DNA of 50,025 nt from Macrostomum lignano (lineage: Eukaryota): NCBI GenBank assembly GCA_002269645.1, contig NIVC01004334.1, positions 1 to 50,025 on the forward strand, read 5' to 3'. Positions 1 through 12,491 of the stretch are shown piece by piece. Under the pieces are notes generated by a model. That model was not told the origin of the DNA, made no database searches, and was given only the letters and a program-made list of their open reading frames with translations. Within the stretch, counting starts at the first letter, position 1; every line of letters starts with the position of its first letter. Both the position numbers and the translations under genes were made by a program.

Positions 1-540
1 CATCCTCACTCTCTTGATAATCATCTTCAGGAATCATTTCTCCATCCTCACTCTCTCGATAATCATCTTCCCGAATCATTTCTCCATCCTCACTCTCTCG
101 ATAATCATCTTCCCGAATCATTTCTCTATCCTCACTCTCTTGATAATCATCTTCCCAAATCATTTCTCCATCCTCACTCTCTTGATAATCATCTTCCCAA
201 ATCATTTCTCCATCCTCACTCTCTTGATAATCATCTTCAGGAATCATTTCTCCATCCTCATTCTCTCGATAATCATCTTCCCGAATCATTTCCCCATCCT
301 CACTCTCTTGATAATCATCTTCCCGAATAATTTTCCCATCCACACTCTCTCGATAATCATCTTCAGGAATTCATTTCTCCATCCTCCCATCCTCTCTCTC
401 GATGATTATCTTCCCGAATCATTTCCACATCCTCACTCTCTCAATAATCATCTTCAGGAATCATTTCCCTATCCTCACTCTTCAAATAATCATCTTCAGG
501 AATCATTTTCCCATCCTCACTCTCTTGATAATCATCTTAA
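1..540. repeat. 42-bp minisatellite (CATCCTCACTCTCTTGATAATCATCTTCCCGAATCATTTCTC-like), truncated by window edge
   Basis: Unit recurs every 42 nt; the ORF track shows a 14-aa periodicity. Confidence 0.95.
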
Positions 541-1554
541 GGAATCATTTCCTTCATATCGCTAGTGCATTTATTATGCTCTGGAGAAATCAGATTTTTC
601 TAGCACGGATATTTCCCGACAGATTTGTCTATGGCAATACCCCATTTTGTGCTGTGCGTTCTCCGGAGCAATACAGAGAAGCCCCTAAAGACCGAAGCGA
701 AGCATTTCTGTCACTAAAACTGCCTATCAAGAAATCGAAATCGAGGCACCCTGTTATTAACTGTTGAACACGGGCTGAAGAACATGAATAAGGAAGCACT
801 GGGGGATTTAGCACGGATTATCCCCCATCCAGCAGCCTGCAGGGCTCTGCATCAATGGCATATATTAATAGACGCAGCTGCCAGCCATCAATTGAAGCCC
901 TTGGCCAGTTCATTTTTCCCAGTTAGGAGAAAAAAGATGAGCCAGATCCCTTAGCGGGTCTTCGGTCCTCGAAATCTCCCATAGGAACGGACCCGGCGGG
1001 CCCATATCTGTTGGCCCTCGTCCCCCGGTCTCATTAAACTTGGAACACATCCGCCCTTATCTGCTGCTCATTTTCTGCTTTTAATCTCATCCCAGCCTCT
1101 CTCATCCTGATTTCTGCTTTTTTTCAATTCGACAGCTTTTCCGGTTGACCCAGACAGACAAGCCAACTGTACCGGTCTCATATTCAATCGCTGTGCTGCC
1201 ATGCTGACGAGTTCAACTAACCAATGGGACAGGGTGCCTTAGCCTGATGTGCCAGCGGCCCAGGCTCGATTCCAAATGCAGTCCACATTAATTTTGGGGC
1301 CAAATTGGAATCTCGGCTTGGCTCTGCTCGTGCAATTAGCGCCATTGAAGGCCAACCTCTAAGGCACAGTGAAGTGTACATGTCTGACGGTTAGACAGTC
1401 AGGGCCGCTGTACACCCTGAGTGAGCGTGTGTGTGAGTGCGTGCCTGCATGTGCTCAGGAGTCAGCGGTGGTTGTGGGACGATGTCGCGACCTTTCACAG
1501 TCTCAGAGGACAACAAGCGGTTGCATCCTTTACCTCTCATGACTGCGGACTCAC

Positions 1555-1608
1555 CTTGTTGAAGAAGAAGCGTCTCGTTCGAGCTGCCATGCAGGCTGGG
1601 CTCAGGAG
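1555..1608 (-). other. Candidate 54-nt exon of an unidentified minus-strand gene (LLSPACMAARTRRFFFNK)
   Basis: TTTTAAG| acceptor and AAG|GTGAGT donor flank an open phase 0-0 segment. No homology recognised. Confidence 0.2.
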
Positions 1609-2639
1609 CTTAAAAGACCGTATAGGACGATGAGGAACGGAGAGAGACTGGGGGGTGAGGAAACGGGCGAGAATTGATCGCCGCTGCACTACCCAGGAAG
1701 CAGCCGGCAGCTGAAATGATTCAGAAGAAACACGCAGGGCTGCTTAGAAAAGCGGAAAAAGAGGAAACACGGAACACTTTCCCAGCTTCACACCGCTTCA
1801 TCCATGTGCGTGCGGACCTGGCTGAGTTCAATATGTTGACTGGTGGGGGGGGGGTGCAGTAAAAGTTTGTAAAGCAAGCCAGACACCGAGTGCTAGATTT
1901 TTAATTATAGAAGAATAACAACTTTTTACTTTGCCCTTACCCCCCACCGCGCCGACATCCGGTCGAGATGGAGGACGGCAGCTGGGCCAAGATTATTCCC
2001 GGCTGAGGAACTTTTTCTTCTTCCGCCGAAACAAGTTGAAAGCTGGGAAATTTGAACTGGCTATTCCCCCAGGAACCTGGAACCAGGGTCTGGAGGGGAT
2101 TTAATCCTCATTTTTATGTCGCTTTTCAGTTCCCTCACGACATTTGTTCTTCCATAAATTTCTAATAAATTCTGCTTGGTGAAATCATACTCTTTAAAGT
2201 TGGTCTTGACTAAACTTCTGTAGTAAACTTTACATGTAGGTACCATGTAAGTACCCATGTAACCTTGTAGGTACCCATGTAGGTACCAGTTATCAAGCAG
2301 CAGAGCAGCTCAGCGGTAAACCCCCTGGTTGGATTCCGTGAGCGTGAAGATATGGGAAATTTTACTTTTTCTACAAAATCAGACCACGAATGTAAAATAC
2401 CTCGTTTGGACAGAATACAAGTTATGACAATCAATACGCAACCGCAGGTTTTAGAAAATATTCTCGACTTTAACTGACCCAGGCACCCATCAAACTTGTT
2501 GATAAAATGCGAAACACGTAAAACTGCAGGGAGCGAAAGGCCGCCACTTCTATGAAGTTTGGACTTTTATGGCGTTTGGGTTGCGGCTCCGCGGAGGCAG
2601 GCGATTCATGAAATTGCAAGATTTTCACCAATCAGTTGG

Positions 2640-3725
2640 TTAGGAATAGAATGGATTGCTAGTCTAGCCTACATCAATGATGAAGGAATAGAATGGATTG
2701 CTAGTCTAGCCTACATCAATGATGAAGGAATAGAATGGATTGCTAGTCTAGCCTACATCAATGATGAAGGAATAGAATGGATTGCTAGTCTAGCCTACAT
2801 CAATGATGAAGGAATAGAATGGATTGCTAGTCTAGCCTAAATCAATTATGAAGGAATAGAATGGATTGCTAGTCTAGCCTACATCAATGATGAAGGAATA
2901 GAATGGATTGCTAGTCTAGCCTACATCAATGATGAAGGAATAGAATGGATTGCTAGTCTAGGCTACATCAATGATGAAGGAATAGAATGGATTGCTAATC
3001 TAGCCTACATCAATGATGAAGGAATAGAATGGATTGCTAGTCTAGCCTACATCAATGATGAAGGAATAGAATGGATTGCTAGTCTAGGCTACATCAATGA
3101 TGAAGGAATAGAATGGATTGCTAATCTAGCCTACATCAATGATGAAGGAATAGAATGGATTGCTAGTCTAGCCTAAATCAATTATGAAGGAATAGAATGG
3201 ATTGCTAGTCTAGCCTACATCAATGATGAAGGAATAGAATGGATTGCTAGTCTAGCCTAAATCAATTATGAAGGAATAGAATGGATTGCTAGTCTAGCCT
3301 ACATCAATGATGAAGGAATAGAATGGATTGCTAGTCTAGCCTAAATCAATTATGAAGGAATAGAATGGATTGCTAGTCTAGCCTACATCAATGATGAAGG
3401 AATGGAATGGATTGCTAGTCTAGGCTACATCAATGATGAAGGAATAGAATGGATTGCTAGTCTAGCCTACATCAATGATGAAGGAATAGAATGGATTGCT
3501 AATCTAGCCTGCATCAATTATGAAGGAATACAATGGATTGCTAGTCTAGCCTACATCAATGATGAAGGAATAGAATGGATTGCTAATCTAGCCTACATCA
3601 ATGATGAAGGAATAGAATGGATTGCTAATCTAGCCTACATCAGTGAAGGAATAGAATGGATTGCTAATCTAGTCTGCATCAGTGATGAAGGAATAGAATG
3701 GATTGCTAATCTAGCTTACATCAGT
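2640..3725. repeat. 42-bp (some 39-bp) minisatellite GAAGGAATAGAATGGATTGCTAGTCTAGCCTACATCAATGAT; same family as 28.0-29.7 kb arrays
   Basis: About 25 near-identical tandem units. Sporadic stops show it is not coding. Confidence 0.97.
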
Positions 3726-4010
3726 TAAGAAACAGAAATAATGACGAAATAAAAAAATGGAACATCTTTTTATGTGTTTTGCAATTATTTGAGCTCAAAG
3801 ATCGATTTTGTCAGGTTAATAATCAATATTTCTACTACCAGTAGAGATTGAAGGGTTTTTTTCTTTGAATATGCGTATAATTGATTGAAATTTCAAGGGT
3901 CCCTCATGACTCCGCTGGCGCTTTTGTGAAGGAAAGTAAAAATTTTCCTTCATTGACCACCCATTGACCGGACCGGATCATTGATCGGATTAACCATCAA
4001 TCAGTCCACA

Positions 4011-4270
4011 TCTGGCCATGAGAATCACTCCTTATCTGGCCATGAGAATCACTCCTTATCTGGCCATGAGAATCACTCCTTATCTGGCCATGAGAATCAC
4101 TCCTCATCTGGCCATGAGAATCACTCCTCATCTGGCCATGAGAATCACTCCTCATCTGGCCATGAGAATCACTCCTCATCTGGCCATGAGAATCACTCCT
4201 CATCTGGCCATGAGAATCACTCCTCATCTGGCCATGAGAATCACTCCTCATCTGGCCATGAGAATCACTC
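4011..4270. repeat. 24-bp minisatellite TCTGGCCATGAGAATCACTCCTCA
   Basis: About 11 tandem copies (8-aa period in ORF track). Confidence 0.97.
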
Positions 4271-4477
4271 TTAAAGAAAGCAATGATGCTGTGGTCTACA
4301 GAGCCAAAACGCCATAACTTGTTCAGTGTAAGCAAAACCGTATGCAGATAACGTAATCTCTTTTGAAGATACGAGCTGCCTTTCATATTTTAATGTCTTC
4401 TTATGATCGTAATCTGCAAGGAAAAGAGATTTGTCACGTGCTTAAAATTAAAATGAAGTGCTTCAGAATCTCTACAG

Positions 4478-4970
4478 TCAGCCAGCCAGCCAGCCAGTCA
4501 GTCAGTCAGTCAGTCAGTCAGTCAGTCAGTCAGTCAGTCAGTCAGTCAGTCAGTCAGTCAGTCAGTCAGTCAGTCAGTCAGTCAGTCAGTCAGTCAGTCA
4601 GTCAGTCAGTCACCCACTCACTCAAGTCAGTCAGTCAGTCAGTCAGTCAGTCAGTCAGTCAGTCAGTCAGTCAGTCAGTCACCCACTCACTCAAGTCAGT
4701 CAGTCAGTCAGTCAGTCAGTCAGTCAGTCAGTCAGTCAGTCAGTCAGTCAGTCAGTCAGTCAGTCAGTCAGTCAGTCAGTCAGTCAGTCACCCACTCACT
4801 CAAGTCAGTCAGTCAGTCAGTCAGTCAGTCAGTCAGTCAGTCAGTCAGTCAGTCAGTCAGTCACCCACTCACTCAAGTCAGTCAGTCAGTCAGTCAGTCA
4901 GTCAGTCAGTCAGTCAGTCAGTCAGTCAGTCAGTCAGTCAGTCAGTCAGTCAGTCAGTCAGTCAGTCAGT
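4478..4970. repeat. (CAGT)n microsatellite with recurrent CACCCACTCACTCAAGT interruptions
   Basis: Direct reading. Confidence 0.97.
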
Positions 4971-5843
4971 CCATTAGTTTCCATATTTGGGTTTATGCTG
5001 GCCGCAGAACCCGCGGCCTGAGACTGCAATGCTTATTTTGCAAACAGCCTCCTTCTCAACCGAGAGCTGCGCACGACACGCCTTCACTTTCCCATGACCG
5101 GCTGGGTGCAGCAGCATCGGAGTGCCGCAACAATTTCATCCAGCTGACCCATGCAAATCTGCCAGATTCAAATCTGAAGTGTTTTGAGGGCCAGCAGCAG
5201 GGCCTGAGAACTCTCGCATGGAGAGGGCGGCCCGCCCATGCTGCGGAGTCTGAGGTCTAAACTCTTCCTTCATCAGTGCAGTTGTCGGCATAAATGGTTT
5301 CTATGCTCTCACTCTTACTCTATCATTAGGCTAATCGCTCCATGAGCAGGCATTGTTCTGAGCCCAGCTGGATCCGAGGCGAGCCCGAGAAAGAAGAATG
5401 CAAAGAGCGAGCAGAAGATTTTAAAATACACTCGAGAAACCTCGAGGCGTATATTATACATCGCTATCAATACATCTGATGTCGAAAAAACCCCAGGAAC
5501 TTACTGAGCTTCTGTCAACAAAGTTTGCATAAAAATATCTTGATGGAGCTCTATTTAACATCAATTGTACTGGATGGCAGTTAAATGCGCGAAAACTGGG
5601 AATGGCGGACTCAAACAGGCAACAAGGGATTAATTTTGATACTGATGGAAACCTTAGGAATGAAAGGAAGTTAGGGATCAGCAGGCAATATGTGTCGATT
5701 ACATAATGATTCTGGGTCTGTGCCACTGTGCGTACATACGGTTTTGAAAGTCAAGTTGCAGCAGAAACCAACTTTTAGCTACGTGTAAATGAGGCTCAAA
5801 AATTCAATGTCAAGTTCATGCAAAGGGGCTCGAACTCCGATCG

Positions 5844-8006
5844 CTAGAAGTAGACAGTCAAGCCCGGTCCACCGTTGCGTCCCAGCTGGTCGCCCTGTGA
5901 ATTCGGCAGATCCGAGGCTGCGTCCACCGCGTTCTCCACCTGAACAACATTGAGATTGCTGCCTGCGTGCAGCTGCCTCGGCCGCGAGCTGTGCACCAGC
6001 GTCCGCTGGCTGCCAACCAGAGAGCCCTCGCCAGACACGGTGTGAATGCTTCCATTAGTCATCGAGGAATAGTAGTCATTAGCCGAGCCCAGCTGGTAAA
6101 CACCGTTGCTGACAAACAGCTCGCCTTGGTCGCGCTCCCGGTTGAACGAGCCGACATCCGAGCCGGCCTGGTCACCGAACATGTAGTTGTTGTAGCCGTC
6201 CAGCGGATTGTCCTGCAGTGAGGTGCCGCCAAACTCGTTCATGTCGTGATAATCGTAGCTGTCCGGCAGCTCGCTGCCATCCGGGGGGCCGGTCTCGGAG
6301 TCCGCCTGCTTCGCTGAGTAGCGCCTGTAGAGCAGGAATGCCACGATAACTGAGATTATAATCACGGCGAAGACGCAGCCCAGAACGATGAGGGGAATCG
6401 TGCTGACGGAGGCGTTCGCAACGTTGATCAGGGCGGAATCGAAGTTGACAATGACGGTGACGGAGCTGGTCCTGGAGCCGTCCGAAGCTGTAACGCTGAA
6501 GCGGTAGCTTTTTTCAGCAAGATTTGCTGGAATAGTGTTGATTGTGATGATGCCAAGTTTTGCATCCACCGCGAACAGCTTCCTGTAGTCGGTGTCCATG
6601 ATAGAGAAGGTCACCGTTGATCCGTCGCCATCGACGGCGCTGACTCTGCCAACCTCGAGGCCGTTCTCGCGCTTCGCGGCGGCGAACGTGTACTCGGCAC
6701 TGTCGAATGTGGGATTATACTCGTTATCGTTTCCAACCAGTACCAACACTGTCGTAAATCCCCATCCAGTTCCGTCAGATGCAGACACGTTTAGCGTGTA
6801 CGAAGACTTCGACTCATAATCCAATGATTTGATTGCCCTCAGCTCCCCCGTTGACGCGCCGATGCTGAACACGTCCAGAAACCCTGACAGGTGATAGGTC
6901 ACGCTTCTCCTCAGATGATCGATTGTCTTCACGACCACCACCAGTCCTTGAGGGTTGTTCTCCATGACGGTTACGTTGTAGAGGGTCGAATCGAACACAG
7001 GCGGCGTGTACGAGGCAGCCACAATGTTGAGCTGCAGCTCTGTGTTGGTCTTTCTATCGCCATTGTTCGCCTGAGTGGCAAACAAAACAATGCTGTACCT
7101 TTCTGAATCTGGCAGGTTTGTGATCAAGGACAGAGCTCCAGTCGCATTGTCAATGTTCACAATGTTTGAAGGACTTTGAGACACGATTGTGTAAAAAATT
7201 GCGGCATTCAGACCAATGTCCCCATCTACTGCCTTGATGGGTGGCGATATCAGAGTTCCTGACGTGCTGTTCGACAGCAGTTCGCGTACATAGCAGACCC
7301 CGCTCGGGGCCCCGGCTGTACAGTTCAGCCACACGGGGTTCGTGTCGTCTTCGTTGATGATGTTCACAGTGAGGGTTGTGTTTACCTCGAACACTTTCTG
7401 GCCAGTTGTGTTGTAATCAGAGACTTTCAGGATGAGAACGACCTGCTGCACTGTTTCGTAGTCTAGCTGTTTGATGAGCGAGATGTTCATCACGGATTGA
7501 CTCGGGTTGAGCAAGCTAAAATAACTGGAATATTCCGATGGAAGAATGCTATACTCGAGCCTTTGTCCGCTGTTCTTGTCAGGTTCATCCGTGGCTTTCG
7601 GCTTCACTTTCAGCTCGTATGGGACCGGTTCAGTCTCCCTTACTGAGTAGGTGTAGTTCCAGCTGTCCCACACGGGAGCATTGTTGTCGGTGTCGATCAT
7701 GTTCACTATGAGAAGCTTCTTTTCTCCATCGCCGCATGTAATACGAAGCACCTTAACACCCGTCATTGGTGACTTCAGCAACAGGGAATTGTTTGACAGA
7801 ACTTCGAGAGGCATCCCGGCGTTCTGGGTATCAATACTTGTGGCAGCGTGGTCCAGAGTGTCTGGAGATTTCACAATGACTGGCATCACGACTGTCCCAG
7901 CTGGTGTGTAGTCATAAACGTAGATATTTTCAGCCTCCAGAGTGCATCCGTGTGCGACACCCCCGACTAACGCCCAGCCGAGCAGCAGGTAGCTGAATGC
8001 GTGCAT
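5844..8006 (-). CDS. Cadherin-related single-pass membrane protein, ~720 aa, 5 EC repeats, intronless CDS
   Basis: Signal peptide from ATG at 8006 (MHAFSYLLLGWALVGGVAHG); the track's 8045 start is TTG. Cadherin motifs DTDNNAP, LDYE (twice), DDTNP, AVDGD, DNEYNP. TM IPLIVLGCVFAVIIISVIVAFLLY. Cytoplasmic tail ends GLTVYF. Confidence 0.93.
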   Translation of the reverse strand: MHAFSYLLLGWALVGGVAHGCTLEAENIYVYDYTPAGTVVMPVIVKSPDTLDHAATSIDTQNAGMPLEVLSNNSLLLKSPMTGVKVLRITCGDGEKKLLIVNMIDTDNNAPVWDSWNYTYSVRETEPVPYELKVKPKATDEPDKNSGQRLEYSILPSEYSSYFSLLNPSQSVMNISLIKQLDYETVQQVVLILKVSDYNTTGQKVFEVNTTLTVNIINEDDTNPVWLNCTAGAPSGVCYVRELLSNSTSGTLISPPIKAVDGDIGLNAAIFYTIVSQSPSNIVNIDNATGALSLITNLPDSERYSIVLFATQANNGDRKTNTELQLNIVAASYTPPVFDSTLYNVTVMENNPQGLVVVVKTIDHLRRSVTYHLSGFLDVFSIGASTGELRAIKSLDYESKSSYTLNVSASDGTGWGFTTVLVLVGNDNEYNPTFDSAEYTFAAAKRENGLEVGRVSAVDGDGSTVTFSIMDTDYRKLFAVDAKLGIITINTIPANLAEKSYRFSVTASDGSRTSSVTVIVNFDSALINVANASVSTIPLIVLGCVFAVIIISVIVAFLLYRRYSAKQADSETGPPDGSELPDSYDYHDMNEFGGTSLQDNPLDGYNNYMFGDQAGSDVGSFNRERDQGELFVSNGVYQLGSANDYYSSMTNGSIHTVSGEGSLVGSQRTLVHSSRPRQLHAGSNLNVVQVENAVDAASDLPNSQGDQLGRNGGPGLTVYF

Positions 8007-9254
8007 GAAGGCACCTCTGACAGACCGAGATTTGCTTTGTATCAACTCTGATGGCTTCAGACTGGCGTCTCTTACGAGTGCAAGACCCTGTTTTTGTGTC
8101 TACTGCAGAAGCACAACGCACCGCCAGCTTTTATTGCACCCAGAGAGGCCTACCCAAAACAGTTTGGTCGGGGGTGGTTTGCACTGTGTGTTCGGTCGGC
8201 CATAATTGGCTGAGCAGTTGTTTGAGAAAGAAGAAAGCCAGGCAAGAAGAGCAGGCAATAGCCCTATATGCATGTTACACACTCCCCATCGTAGCTATGC
8301 CGCTTCACAGTACCTCAGCTGGCTGGTTCTGGTTGCAGTACAGAAACAGCTCGGGCCACCATGCAGTTTTAACAGTGGATACGAGCTGAGCGAGTGAGAG
8401 AGCGAGAGAGGAAAGAACTCAGACCCAGGGGGGGGGGGCGGCATTGCCGAGACTGTGGGAACGCGCCTCTCCAGCTGCTATGGGGGCCTGTCATGCATCA
8501 CTGCGCTTGCAAGCCACGCCTCGACTCTACTGTTGCCTTGTAGTGCTATGGCACAATGAGGCCAGACCAGCCGTTCTTATAGTTAACAATGAAACCTCTA
8601 GCCAGTACTTAACTCTCTTGCCTACTAGTAGAAAGCTGACATTAGTGGAAGAATTCTATCGTACCATCGAGTCTATAATAGCTTGTAGAATGGGTGGGGC
8701 GAGGGAATCTTAAGAGCTTTTATTTTAGCCCTATAGCTTATAGTTTCTTCGGGCCGGACACGGGGCATGGAATCGACTCTTTTACTCAATCTACTTAGAC
8801 TTTGGGCGCGGCCGGCGCAACTCGAATAAAGCAGAATGGCTGCTGGCTGGTGTGAATCGAAGAGTCATTTGCATGGAAATTGTCGCCCACCCCCCGCCGC
8901 CCAAATCACTCGACTATGAGCTGTGCACGCAGGCAACATGGCAGGATTATGATTTTTCCTGGGCCTGTCAAGTACACACTCTTACATATTTACCAGATAA
9001 ATTTCAGTGAAAATTGGCTTCTCTTTACTTTAAGTAGCGCATTGCGGAGAAAAATAGAGTTCTTATTTTAAACAGGTCAATTATAACTAATTAAACTGAT
9101 CTAGAATAGAAACTCTTCACGGGAAAGAATGCCTAAGCTTTCATGTACGTATTAATAGCCATCACGTGACCTTGTTTCGTTTTCTGCAAGCATGACTGAG
9201 GCATGGCTGAAGAGGTTCTATGATGGAGTAGCCTAAGAAACTAAGACCTATAGA

Positions 9255-9790
9255 ATATGGACTTCGCGCAGATATTCGCAAACTGATCATGGAGAAGGTG
9301 ACACCCAAGAAAAGGCTGATCATTGAGGTACAGCAGCTCTGATCAGCTCAAGCAGTTAGCAACCAGCATCCCAGCTGAACAATCAGCTCCAGCAGTCATT
9401 GCCAGCGTCACAGTGGACAAGAACCAAAGTGCCGAAAACCAGTGCAAGTTCTGTAGACAAGCAACCACTTTGCTGCCGTGTGCAAAAGCAGCACCCAGAA
9501 AAAGTCGATACACGAGCTCGAGACTGCGGAACCGGAAGGCAACCTGGCTCACAACCCTGGCTTCCTAAGAACTTTTGGCACTCGGCGCTCCGGCACCAGA
9601 TAAACTGCCTCTTTTTACCATAGACATTCGTAGCGGGAACGAAACGAGTTTGAAAATGCACTGGCAGCCCCCGCCCGACTGAGATTGTCTATGGTCAAAA
9701 CACGATCGGTTCCCCGCCAAGACTGTCTGTGGTAAATCCTCACTTACTGCTACCGATCGTACTCACTCGCGAGAGTTTCCTGAAAGAGTT
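9255..9790 (+). mobile_element. Degenerate Ty3/Gypsy-like relic (gag zinc knuckle plus possible integrase-tail fragment)
   Basis: Adding one nt at ~9463 gives C-KF-C-RQAN-H-FAAV-C (CX2CX4HX4C, 9443-9483). Upstream GLRADIRKLIME is gag-like. Downstream PTEIVYGQN resembles the Gypsy integrase SPAELVYG motif. Multiple stops. Confidence 0.45.
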
Positions 9791-10119
9791 TTCTAACGAC
9801 AAAATAGCAAACGTGTGCTCAAAAATGAGATCTATTTTGGACTCAAGTTTCAACATGTGAAAGAAAATGAAGTACCAGATGACATGTAAATTCGATTTTT
9901 ACTTATTCACCTCTATTTTATTCAGTTTTCTACTGCGCATGTTGTGTGCTTTCAATCACTAAAGTCAGTACAATACAATCTACGAGCATATAGTGAGACT
10001 TTAACATCTCGGAAAAAAATTCATCCAGACACGGCAATAAAGCTACGATGTGATTTTTTTAGTAAACACCACAGATACCAGAGAATAATTATAGATGGGC
10101 CACTCAGGCATATATACTT

Positions 10120-10525
10120 ACTAAAACAGCTTTCTGCTTTCAGTTCATTAGCAATAAACATAAGCATATACGACATAAGCTATTTTATACTAATAAAGCC
10201 AGCTGAGATGACTCTGATAAGTTTAAAAGCCCAAGCTTGCAGGCGTAAAAAACTGGCTAATTGGTTCAGCAATAATGTACATTAGCCACTGAAATGTACA
10301 TGGCAGATGTTTAGGCTGGAACAACTGAGGAAGGTAATAAAAATTGGGTTCGCGGGGCAGGGGTAGAGGTTCTTGTGGGGTGTTTGAGGGTTTAAGCTTG
10401 GGGGTAAGAGCCAATAGATAAGCCTTGGCTTAAAAAATACATTAAAATGCTTCAGCTTCACTTACTACTGAACTAAAAGTAGCTTAGACGCAAATGTGCT
10501 GAGTGGTCCATCTAGTTATTCCAGT
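10120..10525. repeat. Dispersed ~400-bp repeat, copy 1 (homologous to 48425-48840, same orientation)
   Basis: Colinear shared blocks, e.g. GATGACTYTGATAAGTTTAMAAGCCC, AATAATGTACATTAGCCA, AAATAC-TAAAATG, TACTACTGAAC, AAAGTAGCTTA-ACGCAAATG. Confidence 0.75.
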
Positions 10526-10674
10526 ACGAATATCTGTGGGAAACACTGACGAAAGAGAATCGTCTTTTAAAAAAATAAAATTGGACGGAAAATATAGAAA
10601 AGGCACACTGATATAAGAACACAGTTTAAAAAGTTAATCCGACAATTGGGTGATTGGGAAGTTTTCATGCTCCT

Positions 10675-11398
10675 TCATCGCTTCTTCTGCTGCGGCTTGG
10701 CGGCCACCTGCTTTCGCTGACCGACTTTCGCAGGGGCCTCGTTGCCGGAAACGGCGGGCCTGGCCGGGGCGGCGGCGGCTCGCTTCTGCTTCTCCTGGTA
10801 GCGCCGTTCGTAATAATCCAGCTCGGACTCTCCAGGCCTGCGCATCTGCGACTGCCGCTCCTCGGAGTCTTTCAGCGCCGCCTGCATGTCGCCCATCCGC
10901 ATCTTGTGCTCCTTGATGCCGCCCACGTGCGCCCGAAGGAACGGGTTATCGTCCCCGGTGATCTCCTGGTCAAGGAACTCGGCCGACGGCGCGCCCCGGC
11001 CGCTCGGGTCCAGGCGGGCGTAGCCGGCGGCCAGCGAGCTGAAGCCGGTGATGCCGCCCATGGCTTTGTACGGCACCGACTGGCCGACTGGGTGACCGCG
11101 GGCCTCGCGCTCCTCGCCAGTCTCAACTAGAGTCTCGTGCTGATGGGCCGGCAGGCCGCAGTCGCAGGTGAACGAAGTTTTATAACCGGCGCACTTCATG
11201 CACTCGCGACGTTTGCACAGGTAGGGCGGAGTGGGCGCGTGCTCGGTGCCCAGGTGCTTGCAGTGGCAGCGGACTGGCTGGCCGCCGTTCTTCGGCATGT
11301 AGCAGTAGCCGGGGCACGGGCAGCCGCGCACCTGGCAGGGCAGCGGAATCGGCCGACTGCTCGGCAGCTGTTCGAAATCGGTTTTGTGCTGTTTGTAC
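10675..11398 (-). CDS. FAM221A: FAM221A, last coding exon
   Basis: CCAG| acceptor (phase 2) gives R-YKQHKTD. Matches remembered FAM221A motifs: RCHCKH, FTCDCG, PVGQSVPYKAMGGITGFSSLA, YYERRYQE. TGA at 10677-10675. Confidence 0.93.
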
Positions 11399-11454
11399 CT
11401 GGAGGGATTCGAGGTGCATAAAAAAGAATGTAATTATCTGGAAGCGCAATGATC

Positions 11455-11895
11455 GTAGATGTGTTGCTAGCCGGATGTGCTGCTATCTGGATGTGTTGCT
11501 ATCTGAATGTGTTGCTAGCCGGATGTGTTGCTAGCCGGATGTGTTGCTAGCCGGATGTGTTGCTAGCCGGATGTGTTGCTAGCCGGATGTGTTGCTAGCC
11601 GAAAGTGTTGCTAGCCGGATGTGTTGCTAGCCGGATGTGTTGCTAGCCGGATGTGTTGCTAACTGGATGTGTTGCTAGCCGGATGTGCTGCTATCTGGAT
11701 GTGTTGCTATCGGAATGTGTTGCTAGCCGGATGTGTTGCTAGCCGGATGTGTTGCTAGCCGGATGTTTTGCTAGCCGGATGTGTTGCTAGCCGAATGTGC
11801 TGCTATCTGGATGTGTTGCTACCTGGATGTGTTGCTATCTGAATGTATTGCTAGCCGGATGTGTTGCTAGCCGGATGTGTTGCTAGCTGGATGCT
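11455..11895. repeat. 16-bp minisatellite GCCGGATGTGTTGCTA inside the FAM221A intron
   Basis: About 27 tandem copies. Confidence 0.95.
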
Positions 11896-12104
11896 TACTA
11901 ACTAGCAGACGTCGTAAACCCGTGCTCTAAAAGCCTTCTCCAAGCTCTGTTACAATATGAGATTAAGATTTAATATATTACAATATGATATGAGATATGA
12001 TATGAGAATTAAGATTTAACCTTAATTCTTGCCGTGCAAGGGAGCTCAAGTCACCCTCACCATCAAACCGATCAGGTATTTTTCTACTGCCTAGTGACAC
12101 GCAC

Positions 12105-12343
12105 CTGTGCTGGCAGAAGCACTCTGTCTCGGGTCCAACCAGCACGCAGTCCATTCCACTTGGGCTCGTCCAGCTCACGTACAGGCGGTTTTTTATGCGG
12201 CCCGGCAGCACGCGCTTCTTGTAGGCCTCGTACTCCTCGGGAGTGAACATCTTGCCGCCATCGTCGTCGCCAACTATGTGTCGATATTCAGCGTACGCCT
12301 GCACGTCGTGCTGCGCCTGCGAGCTCAGCTGAATGCGCTCCAT
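12105..12343 (-). CDS. FAM221A: FAM221A, first coding exon
   Basis: ATG at 12343. MERI...YAEYRHIVGDDDGGKMFTPEEYEAYK...RLYVSW...VGPETECFCQH. Donor AG|GTGCG; 239+724 nt gives 320 aa plus stop. Confidence 0.93.
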
Positions 12344-12491
12344 TCCAGTGCTGGCTGGGTGCCTTCTGAAATCTGCATCAACACTCAACAGTCTGCATCT
12401 AGCTACTGAGCATCAACACTCAACAGTCTGCATCCAGCTACTGAGCATCAACACAGTGCATCTACCAATCATTGAAATTTACATATCTTAC

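Noticed and set aside
2061-2217. Minus-strand protein-like segment SLVKTNFKEYDFTKQNLLEIYGRTNVVRELK after a CAG acceptor
   Set aside because: No recognisable homology and no convincing donor; cannot be supported without transcripts.
2640-3725. Regular ~40-bp repeats resembling a CRISPR array
   Set aside because: Units are contiguous with no unique spacers, there are no cas genes, and the context is eukaryotic.
14-5021. Long ORFs at 14-565, 2559-3728, 3981-4386 and 4363-5021 (and similarly 18-19 kb, 31-35 kb, 41-42.7 kb, 49-50 kb)
   Set aside because: They are translations of stop-free tandem repeats, open in several frames and on both strands, with no signal or domain.
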